The notes under the pieces were generated by a model. That model was not told the DNA's origin. It worked only from the letters and a program-made list of their open reading frames with translations, and made no database searches. 64,000 nucleotides of DNA from a virus. A program made the position numbers and the translations under genes. Shown here in pieces: positions 54,472-62,663 of this stretch (its first letter is position 1; every line of letters starts with the position of its first letter). The stretch spans positions 32,001 through 96,000 of the IMG/VR virus record IMGVR_UViG_3300045988_175722; one strand, written 5' to 3'.

Positions 54472-57366
54472 ATGAACTCACATCTCGCAATATTAATCAA
54501 CGACAAGCCGGTAGCCCTGCCCGATGATTTCTCCATCGATATAGAGGATCAGAACCCCGTGTTCAACGATACGGAGATGTTCTCCTATCCTTTCTCTATT
54601 CCCCTGGATGGCAATCGCTGGCTTGTCAAGAACATAGAAGACGTGCATGCTGCCGTGAGAGCCGTGAACATGGAGCATTTGCCTACCCGAATCCATGCCG
54701 ACGGACTTCCCTTCCGCAGCGGTACCCTGGTGATGCAGGACGATGAGGAGATAACCAACTCGCTTTCGATGAATATCGATGCCAGCACGCAGAGTTTCAG
54801 CGACCTGATCAGCAACCTGCAATGCCGGGATATTCCGGTCAAAGACCAGCTTATCATCGGCGAGAAGATAGGCAATGTAAGGGTGGATATTTGGAGCAAT
54901 CCGACCATCCAGGTGCATCTTCACAGCGACGGCAAGAAGGGCGGCAAGAATGCCACCGCTACCGTGAAAGCCACTCCTCTCAGGGCAAGTAAAGTGCTTG
55001 AACCGCAGGCACTCGGTTTCTCCTATCCTGGCTCTTGCAGGGAATACACATATAATACAAGTGACCACCATATCGGCGATGCCTACAACAAAGGCACGAA
55101 GTCATACGCTGCCAGCAAGGTGAACGTCAATATTCCGCAGGAAATTTCGCAGGGAAGCTATATCAATACCTCGGCCGCCTATGGCGAAACCGATAACGCA
55201 GGCAGGGCTACCGCATATTGCAATGCCCGCATTTGCTACAGACATCATGCGCTGGAAGATGATGGCAGTACGTCGAGCGACACCATCAAGATGGATAAGT
55301 GTACATGGATAGATGAGGATCTTTATCCTTACTGGGTATTGGATGCCAAGCGTCCGCAATCGGGTATCTGCTTCTACGTGCTCTATTTCCTGGATTGCCT
55401 CTTCGCTCATCTGGGCGTAAGTTTCGACAAAAGAGCTTTGCTAAAGATAGAAGACTTGAAGCATCTCTGTTTCTTCACCACTGTTTGCGGCTACGATACC
55501 ATCGAACACCCACATCACGGCGATTATTACGAAGCGAAGGAAATTCAGGATGCCAAGGATATTGTCAACGACAAAAAGTACAAAAAAGGCAGCAATCCAG
55601 AGGCGGAGATTATCGCCGAAAAATCGGTAGGAGAAATCAAGACGGGTTTTTTCTCCTCTCAGGAACACATCAATTCCTGGCTCGAAAGCCGCGGTTGCGG
55701 CGGTCAGATTGAGATAACCAAAGCCGAGGATAAGGAGGTGCAGGAACTCGACCTTGCCGTAACGGAAAATGGCGTGACGACTACCCGTCATATTCAGGTG
55801 GGAGAGGTGGTTACTTTTCCTCCTGGCAAGGGAATGAAGGTAACGGGTATTACCATTGAATCGAATATTGAGAAATTCGAGGTACAGGGCAATGTGCTCT
55901 ATATGGTAGCCAATAGCGACAACTTCCCCGACGAGAGTGTAAGTACCGTTATTTCTTCGCTCGAGAATGCGTTTGGTATCAAGTTCTCTTACGATTACGA
56001 ACAGAAGAAAGTAACCGCTTATCTCACTCGTGATATTCTCCGCAGAAGCGGTGATACGCCAAGAAATTTCCACGCCAACATCCACTCGATGGTGCCCATG
56101 AGCGAGAAGATTACGGGTGTGCGTATGCGATATTCTGCCGAAGCCGACAAAAAAGAGCAGCAGGGCTACACCAAGCGCAACGCCCAGGGAGATTATCTTG
56201 ATTCCGGCTACGACACCGATTATAACTATACGGAATACCCTCTGCCCGATGGCGACTCGAGCAAATCGGGTAGAACCATTACCAACATGAAATACGTAGA
56301 ATTTTTCCACAACATCAGTAACCCTGGTGATAGAAATTGCTACATCGACCGCGCCACTGGCAATGCTTATCGCGTAAAGGTAAACAAGGAAGCAAGGACT
56401 TCCAATGAGCTGAAACCTGTATTGTTCGAGGTGGGTCAGTTCAAGGGTGTTGAGTATGGGGATTGCCGTGAAGAGAATGAGGATTTCATCCACGACATCA
56501 GTATAGATTTCACGCCAGTACCCTTCAATGACGTAAACTACTTCAAGGAGGTGGAAGCCGCTTATGGTATTCACTCCGCAAAGGGCGATAACGGCGAAGA
56601 TTATCTTGCCAATATCAGGGGGGTGCAGCAGCCTATTCTCTGCGCTTATGTAGATGAGGATATGGAGCACGAGTTTGTAGAGCAGGAAATCAACCAGGTT
56701 ATCTCTTCTGCCTTCTGCAATTACTATATGAAGCAGAAACTGAAGCTCGTGGAAAGCTATGACCCGTCGGGTACCGATGATGGCAATTCTCCTTTGCAGG
56801 ATAAATCCCGTTGGGGCTTTGCGGTAGCCTTGATGCGAGGCGGTGGCAGCGATGCCACCCTGCAACCTTACGATTACAACTACGACCATTTTGGTACATC
56901 CAAATGGCGCACCAATGCCGGTGAGTATGCCCTAGCCTGCGATTCACTGGACATGATGGGCAATGTGTTTGATTATAACGGTGTGCAGGAAGGTGTAGGC
57001 ACTGGAGAGCGTTTCTCGCTAAAAATACGAGCTTTCAAGGAGCCATCGTGGATGAATGATCCGAAATACAAGGATATAGTGGTCTGCAATGAAGATGAGA
57101 TAGATGAGAACGGGGAGGTAGTAACTAAAATCCGCTCCCGTGGTCTCTTTGATACCTTCATTCTCCCCTACGCCTATTTCCTCTTGAATAGGAAGAAATT
57201 CAAAATAAGATGCACCACCACGGTAGCCCAGGTTGCTGATATACCAAACCACTGGCAGGAATGGTGGAACATAGGCGGCATGAAGTGCCTCATTGACAAG
57301 GTAAACACCACCATCGATGCCAAGACGGGCATGGGCGAAGTAGAGCTAACGGTATATGCCCTCTAA
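54472..57366 (+). CDS. large structural protein (baseplate or tail-associated, putative)
   Basis: 964-aa uninterrupted ORF in the late block. The long antisense ORF 55441-56889 is judged spurious. Confidence 0.65.
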   Translation: MNSHLAILINDKPVALPDDFSIDIEDQNPVFNDTEMFSYPFSIPLDGNRWLVKNIEDVHAAVRAVNMEHLPTRIHADGLPFRSGTLVMQDDEEITNSLSMNIDASTQSFSDLISNLQCRDIPVKDQLIIGEKIGNVRVDIWSNPTIQVHLHSDGKKGGKNATATVKATPLRASKVLEPQALGFSYPGSCREYTYNTSDHHIGDAYNKGTKSYAASKVNVNIPQEISQGSYINTSAAYGETDNAGRATAYCNARICYRHHALEDDGSTSSDTIKMDKCTWIDEDLYPYWVLDAKRPQSGICFYVLYFLDCLFAHLGVSFDKRALLKIEDLKHLCFFTTVCGYDTIEHPHHGDYYEAKEIQDAKDIVNDKKYKKGSNPEAEIIAEKSVGEIKTGFFSSQEHINSWLESRGCGGQIEITKAEDKEVQELDLAVTENGVTTTRHIQVGEVVTFPPGKGMKVTGITIESNIEKFEVQGNVLYMVANSDNFPDESVSTVISSLENAFGIKFSYDYEQKKVTAYLTRDILRRSGDTPRNFHANIHSMVPMSEKITGVRMRYSAEADKKEQQGYTKRNAQGDYLDSGYDTDYNYTEYPLPDGDSSKSGRTITNMKYVEFFHNISNPGDRNCYIDRATGNAYRVKVNKEARTSNELKPVLFEVGQFKGVEYGDCREENEDFIHDISIDFTPVPFNDVNYFKEVEAAYGIHSAKGDNGEDYLANIRGVQQPILCAYVDEDMEHEFVEQEINQVISSAFCNYYMKQKLKLVESYDPSGTDDGNSPLQDKSRWGFAVALMRGGGSDATLQPYDYNYDHFGTSKWRTNAGEYALACDSLDMMGNVFDYNGVQEGVGTGERFSLKIRAFKEPSWMNDPKYKDIVVCNEDEIDENGEVVTKIRSRGLFDTFILPYAYFLLNRKKFKIRCTTTVAQVADIPNHWQEWWNIGGMKCLIDKVNTTIDAKTGMGEVELTVYAL

Positions 57367-57375
57367 CTCCCTCTC

Positions 57376-57407
57376 GCCCCCGTTCCCAGCGATTCCACCG
57401 CTGGTCC
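57376..57407 (+). repeat. 32-nt hairpin motif, copy 15
   Basis: GCCCCCGTTCCCAGCGATTCCACCGCTGGTCC, 9 nt after the stop at 57366 and 30 nt before the KS ATG. Confidence 0.9.
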
Positions 57408-57437
57408 CATAACAAGAAACATAAAAACGAAATAAAA

Positions 57438-58646
57438 ATGGATAGAAAAATAATAATCACCGGAACCGGCATCCTTTCCGCTATGGGCAGGAATACAAAG
57501 GAAGTAGCCATGAATCTTTATCATGGCAAATGCGGCTTGCATCATGATGAATGCCGTGATAACTACATCTCCGATTTATGCGGCGACGTGTGTAGCTACG
57601 AAAAAGATTACCATGATATTCTTACTCATGCACAATGCGAATGTATGCCTGTACACGGTTTCGACGTGCTCGATGCAGTATTCGAGGCGCTGAAGGAAGC
57701 AAAGGTTAGTAAAGAGTTCTTGGAAAACCATAACGTTTCCATCGTCGTAAGCAACGATTCTGAATGCTACGAGAGTAGGTGTGTAGTGAATCATGTAGAT
57801 GAGGACAACTTCAATAATTCCTTGCCGGTAAGTACCCTCTTCCGCTCACTTAATTCCACCATCAGCATGAACCTGGCTACCATCCTCGGTATTCATGGCT
57901 TATCACTTACTGTAAGCGCAGCTTGTGCAGGAGGTGGCCACGCCATTGGTTTGGCGAAGATGCTTCTCGATAGCAAACAGACCGAAATGGTAATTGTGGT
58001 TGGCGCGCAGGAATACGAGTCTCAATATTGCATGGAAGCTTTCGATGCCCTGGGTGTCTTCTCACCCGATAAAGTGCAGCCATTTGGTAAAGGCAGAAAT
58101 GGACTCGCACCATCGGGCGGTGCAGCCTGCATCATCCTCGAACCATCGGATAGCCTTCGCCTGAAAGAAGAGAAAGTGCATTCCTTCGCTTCTCTTTCCG
58201 GCTATAGCTTTTCAACAACCGGAAAAGCTATCACTACTCCTGATGCCTATCAGGAAGAAGTATCTATGGTCAATGCCATCGAGAACGCGGGTCTGGATGA
58301 AGGCATGATAGATGTGGTTCTCGCCCACGCCACGGGTACCCCAATGGGTGATGCAGCGGAAGCGGAAGCCATCGGAAAGATTTTCTCTATCTGTCCGAAT
58401 GTGGTAGCCACGAAGGGCATGACAGGCCACGAGTGCTGGATGGCAGGCGTATCGCAAGCCGTGCAAGCCGTAATCATGTTCACCTATGGCCGTCTGTTTC
58501 ATGCAGCCACTACCGAGGAGAATGCCTTCCCGGAATTGAACCTGGTGATGCGCCCTAAGTATTACTCACCTCATCATATCCTCTGCAATGCCTTCGGTTT
58601 TGGTGGTACCAACGCATCCTTTGTCGTCTCAAAGGTTCCTCGTTAG
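57438..58646 (+). CDS. beta-ketoacyl-ACP synthase (KAS I/II-like condensing enzyme)
   Basis: Active-site pattern SAACAGG (Cys), HATGTPMGD (His), KGMTGHECWMAG (His) and C-terminal NAFGFGGTNASFVV. Confidence 0.85.
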   Translation: MDRKIIITGTGILSAMGRNTKEVAMNLYHGKCGLHHDECRDNYISDLCGDVCSYEKDYHDILTHAQCECMPVHGFDVLDAVFEALKEAKVSKEFLENHNVSIVVSNDSECYESRCVVNHVDEDNFNNSLPVSTLFRSLNSTISMNLATILGIHGLSLTVSAACAGGGHAIGLAKMLLDSKQTEMVIVVGAQEYESQYCMEAFDALGVFSPDKVQPFGKGRNGLAPSGGAACIILEPSDSLRLKEEKVHSFASLSGYSFSTTGKAITTPDAYQEEVSMVNAIENAGLDEGMIDVVLAHATGTPMGDAAEAEAIGKIFSICPNVVATKGMTGHECWMAGVSQAVQAVIMFTYGRLFHAATTEENAFPELNLVMRPKYYSPHHILCNAFGFGGTNASFVVSKVPR

Positions 58647-58656
58647 TCTTTCCCGC

Positions 58657-58975
58657 AAAGTCTTCCGTTAGGCGTTCCAACAAAGTCTTCCGTTAGGCGT
58701 TCCAACAAAGTCTTCCGTTAGGCGTTCCGGCGGATTTGAAATCCGCCGTCAAAAAAGGTCCCAACCTATAAAACCGGGGGATTTGCAATCCCCCAATCAT
58801 TATCAGCACCCTTGCTTGCTGCGGATTTCAAATCCGCAGGGCATAAAAAGGTTGGGTCATTTCTTAACGGCGGATTTCAAATCCGCCGAGCGCCTAGCGG
58901 GATAAAGCGCCTAGCAGGATAAAGCGCCTAGCGGGATCGAGCACCTAGCGGAAGATAAGGATTTGCAATCCGCAC
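58657..58975. repeat. composite palindrome cluster Y (3 left iterons, four palindromes, 4 right iterons)
   Basis: 3x CAAAGTCTTCCGTTAGGCGTTCC (period about 25 nt), then four palindromes (GGCGGATTTGAAATCCGCC, GGGGGATTTGCAATCCCCC, TGCGGATTTCAAATCCGCA, GGCGGATTTCAAATCCGCC), then 4x GCGCCTAGCGGGATAAA-like units (period 17 nt). Confidence 0.85.
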
Positions 58976-59009
58976 AATCAAAATTCAAACAATATTTCAG
59001 CAAAAAGCA

Positions 59010-59261
59010 ATGAAGCAAGAAGAAATAACCCCTCGCATCATCGGCATCGTGAATAGTTTAAAAACCTCGTGGGTCAACCACGAGGTTACGCCTTCTTCTA
59101 ATCTCCGAGACGAAATCCAGCTTGAATCCATCGATATGCTCGATATGATTCAGCAGGTGGAAATGATGTTCCATATCAGAATCACACCCGAGGAAGCCGC
59201 GAAATGTAAGCTCGTCTCCGATGTAATCAACCTGGTTTCTATTAAACAAAAGCAAAAGTAA
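59010..59261 (+). CDS. acyl carrier protein-like
   Basis: 83 aa. The LESIDMLDMIQQVEMMF segment matches the DS(L/I)D phosphopantetheine-attachment helix pattern. Confidence 0.7.
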   Translation: MKQEEITPRIIGIVNSLKTSWVNHEVTPSSNLRDEIQLESIDMLDMIQQVEMMFHIRITPEEAAKCKLVSDVINLVSIKQKQK

Positions 59262-59262
59262 T

Positions 59263-60330
59263 ATGGCAAAGAAAATCACCCTTACATCGGGTTCCATCCT
59301 CGCCGGAAACCCGATAACGCTCTCTATTCAGCCCGAGGTACTGAAATCTCCCACCTTTCATCGTGTCATTGTGGAAGTAACCTTTTCCAATCTTCAGGAT
59401 GATTACGAAACCGTGGCACTCTCGGTTCCCGTGACCCAGGAAAAAGAAGGTGCAGAGGTGTCTCTCGATATCTCTTCCGCCATCCGCATTCCGCTGGATA
59501 GCTACACCTACTCGCCGCTACCTGCCACCTATCCCAAGGTAAGCTGGTACGTAAGAGCCTACGATGAGTACATGGATAACAACGGCAGACTGCATACGGG
59601 CGCAGACACGGGTGCGGTTTATTTTCCGCAAGCACCGCTAAACGGCATCAACACCAACCTGCGCTGCATAGCGGGTGCCTTCAACGATATGGAACGATTA
59701 AAAGCTGGTGTAACGAAAGCCGTGACGAATCTTTCCGCCAAGCCTACATCAAGTCCGGAACCATTCGTAGTAGGCGAATCCTTCATCTACCCAGTTCCTT
59801 ATGCAGAGCCGCAGACGTTAGCCGCTAGTGCTACCCTGGCCGCGCCCTCGTCTTCTGGAACCATCATCTTTCAAGAAGGCATGCAGACCATCAATGACCA
59901 CCACCCTATCTACGCCCTACCCGATACGGAAGCAGAAAACCGCACCACCTTCCGCTTCATCAACCGTTTCGGTTGCCTGGAAAGCGTAAATGTGCCGAAA
60001 AGCTACAGCCAGAAGATGAGTGCGGACAGCGCATCCTATACCATCGCCAAGCAGGAAACCTTCAATGAGTTTTCTCACTTCGTCATTCACAAGCAGAATG
60101 ACCGGGAATCCTGGCTTTTCCAAACCGACCCGTTAGATAAAGAGTGGCTGCAATGGTACTATCACGAGTTTCTGATGGCAAAGCATGTATGGCTGAAAAT
60201 CTCCGATACCTGGGTTCCATGCACCATTGCCCTGGAGGATGAAATCACCATCAAGGACGATACCGCGCATACGTATCACGCCGTAAGCTTCACGGCAACG
60301 CTGGGTATCAACGGAAGCCCACTAGTGTAG
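59263..60330 (+). CDS. hypothetical structural protein
   Basis: 355-aa ORF starting 1 nt after the ACP stop. Confidence 0.6.
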   Translation: MAKKITLTSGSILAGNPITLSIQPEVLKSPTFHRVIVEVTFSNLQDDYETVALSVPVTQEKEGAEVSLDISSAIRIPLDSYTYSPLPATYPKVSWYVRAYDEYMDNNGRLHTGADTGAVYFPQAPLNGINTNLRCIAGAFNDMERLKAGVTKAVTNLSAKPTSSPEPFVVGESFIYPVPYAEPQTLAASATLAAPSSSGTIIFQEGMQTINDHHPIYALPDTEAENRTTFRFINRFGCLESVNVPKSYSQKMSADSASYTIAKQETFNEFSHFVIHKQNDRESWLFQTDPLDKEWLQWYYHEFLMAKHVWLKISDTWVPCTIALEDEITIKDDTAHTYHAVSFTATLGINGSPLV

Positions 60331-60345
60331 CTAATAGTCAGTCCT

Positions 60346-60375
60346 GCCCCCGTTCCCAGCGATTCCATCGCTGGG
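60346..60375 (+). repeat. 32-nt hairpin motif, copy 16
   Basis: GCCCCCGTTCCCAGCGATTCCATCGCTGGG followed by TTCTTTTTTTT and the promoter -33 box. Confidence 0.9.
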
Positions 60376-60383
60376 TTCTTTTT

Positions 60384-60420
60384 TTTGTCCCACCCATTTC
60401 CTCCTTTTCTCGTACCTTTG
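60384..60420 (+). promoter_or_regulatory. Bacteroidota-type promoter (-33 TTTGTCCCACCC, -7 TACCTTTG)
   Basis: TTTG at 60384-60387 and TACCTTTG at 60413-60420. Directly after hairpin motif copy 16. Confidence 0.7.
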
Positions 60421-60488
60421 CATTATCACATTCAAAGAAGAAGTATCGCATACACAAACATCAAAAAATAATAATAAAGGAAAGATAA

Positions 60489-62645
60489 ATGGCAACAGAA
60501 GCAAAAACCACCAACTATTGGATTTCGAGCAATGCACTCTATATCCAGCTCAACGCCATGGGTGAACCCGACTACACGCAATGCAGTGTGGCCACGGGTG
60601 CATCCATCCTCTGCTATATGCAGGGCGTAAAAGGCTTGGAGTATGATGCAGGGCACAACTACCAGCGGTGGCCTCTTGCTGCATACCCTTCCATCTTCCC
60701 CGATAGCGAAAAGAAATATGTGTATGCTGCCATCCCCCGTACCCGTCTCTCGGAAGGCGACCAGGCTACTATCGTGTTCCCTGGGCAGCGTATCGACCTC
60801 TATGGCAAGGCGATCATCTCAACCAAAAACGAAGATGGTACCACATCCGAAACCGAGGGCGAACAGATAGGTAACGAGGGCTTTTATTACATCTTCCTGC
60901 AAGGTATCATATCGGAAGTAAAGACTGATACCGACGGCGTGACCCGCAAGCGTGAGTGGAGCCAGCAGATGAACTTCGGTTCCCTGGCCACCGATGAAGC
61001 CTTGGCTTCGGGCGGTGAAGGCGCATGGTGGAAATATAACTCTGCCTCTGATACCGTCACCTTCTTAAAAACCATTCAGAAGGCGAATTTCGAGGAACTG
61101 GCTGCGAAATCAGCCACCCTCACTAAGCTCATCCTCGGCAATAGCCCACTCACGGGCATTGCCAATGCTGAAACTCTGGATGATAACAACGAGCGCATCG
61201 TAACGCCGCTCTATCTGGGTTTGTTCGGCGAGAAGCATTTTCTGGCCAAAGACAAGGATGATACCGCCCATGGCACCATCACCTTTGAGAAGGTGCAGAA
61301 GTTTCTCAGCGGTTTGGTAGCCCAGAAGGAATCGAGTTTTAAAGGTGGTGCAACCTTCGGCGATTTCGTCAAGGGCATCTTAATCGGCAGCGGTGCCAAT
61401 ATTGATGCCCTGGGCAATGCTGAGTTTCAGAGTATCACGGCACGCAGTTCGATTATCGCCAAGGAACTCATCGTAAACCGCCAGACCGCCATGGAAAGCA
61501 ACTTTGTCTTCACAGAAAGCGGATTGGTGGAAAAAGTGATTGAGCATGCTCCGGAAGCGGAAGGCGGAAATCCTACCTACACCCTGCAGCTTCAGAAACG
61601 ATGGGAGAATGATTTCACGGCATTCAAGGAAAATGACGTGGTGCTCGCCTCCGTCAACACCCTGATGCAGGACGGCAAATACTACGATATCTGGTTCCGC
61701 ATCCTCGATGTAAACACGGTGAAGAATACCATCGATGTGGTGTGCTATCCAGATAATGAGGTGCCGAGCCAGAAGAACTATCCGCCCTGCGAACTGGCAC
61801 GACTGATACGATGGGGTAACGCCACTGATACTGCCAGACAAAGTTGCTGGTATATTTCATCGGAAAACGGCGTATTGGTATGGCTCGATCACGTAACCAA
61901 GCCTATCATTGATATATCGAATTACTCCGTGGCTATCGGTAGAATGCCTGACGAACTGCGGAATTTCGTGTTCAAGGACTATCCTATCAACGATAGAGAC
62001 AGCGCCTTCTACGCCAAATACCTTGCCGTGCAGAAGCAGGTGCAGGTGGATTTCCAGGGCAACGTGATACAGAAGGTGGTAGATAGAGGTATCTGGTCGC
62101 TCACCGTAGCCGAGAGCAGCAACCCCTACCGCTGTACTAATATCGAGGTACACGATGTGTGGCACAATGGCTGCAAATGGCGCTGCCTGAAGGATAAGAC
62201 GGCAAACAAGCCACAATATGCCAGTACTGACTGGGCGTTTGTGGAAGGCAACCCTGAGTTTACCTGCAAGATTTTTGGTGCTGAAGATATTTTCGATGGC
62301 GATTATATCTCGCAGCCCGATGCCAACGGCAAATATCCGGTGTTTACCACACTGAGTGTAAAAGGTTATCTTTACAACGAGGACGTGACTGCCCACATCA
62401 AGGAACGCCATGTAACATGGACCCGTGACAGCGGCAATGTGGCAGAGGATAACACCTGGGCAGCCATACATGCCAACTCCGGCTTTTCGGTGCCGCTCAC
62501 CTGGGAAGACCTGGGCAAGAACGCATCCGAACGCTTCAGCTGTAAGTTTAAGGTAACGGTAATCATCATCGATGAGACCACTGAAACCAACGCCACGGAC
62601 ACCAACCGCACCAAGCAGGCAAGCGATGAACTGACATTTAATTAA
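60489..62645 (+). CDS. tail fibre or receptor-binding-like protein (putative)
   Basis: 718-aa ORF downstream of a consensus promoter. Assigned by size and position only. Confidence 0.55.
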   Translation: MATEAKTTNYWISSNALYIQLNAMGEPDYTQCSVATGASILCYMQGVKGLEYDAGHNYQRWPLAAYPSIFPDSEKKYVYAAIPRTRLSEGDQATIVFPGQRIDLYGKAIISTKNEDGTTSETEGEQIGNEGFYYIFLQGIISEVKTDTDGVTRKREWSQQMNFGSLATDEALASGGEGAWWKYNSASDTVTFLKTIQKANFEELAAKSATLTKLILGNSPLTGIANAETLDDNNERIVTPLYLGLFGEKHFLAKDKDDTAHGTITFEKVQKFLSGLVAQKESSFKGGATFGDFVKGILIGSGANIDALGNAEFQSITARSSIIAKELIVNRQTAMESNFVFTESGLVEKVIEHAPEAEGGNPTYTLQLQKRWENDFTAFKENDVVLASVNTLMQDGKYYDIWFRILDVNTVKNTIDVVCYPDNEVPSQKNYPPCELARLIRWGNATDTARQSCWYISSENGVLVWLDHVTKPIIDISNYSVAIGRMPDELRNFVFKDYPINDRDSAFYAKYLAVQKQVQVDFQGNVIQKVVDRGIWSLTVAESSNPYRCTNIEVHDVWHNGCKWRCLKDKTANKPQYASTDWAFVEGNPEFTCKIFGAEDIFDGDYISQPDANGKYPVFTTLSVKGYLYNEDVTAHIKERHVTWTRDSGNVAEDNTWAAIHANSGFSVPLTWEDLGKNASERFSCKFKVTVIIIDETTETNATDTNRTKQASDELTFN

Positions 62646-62663
62646 AAATAAAAAGTAAGAATC

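Noticed and set aside
55441-56889. 482-aa minus-strand ORF, and similar long antisense ORFs (36792-37445, 39576-40220, 61857-62471, 26121-26672, 19138-19791 and 23444-23971)
   Set aside because: Each lies entirely antisense within a longer, better-supported ORF that fits the operon orientation. Their I/V/L/H/R-rich composition is typical of antisense frames, and they have no independent start context.
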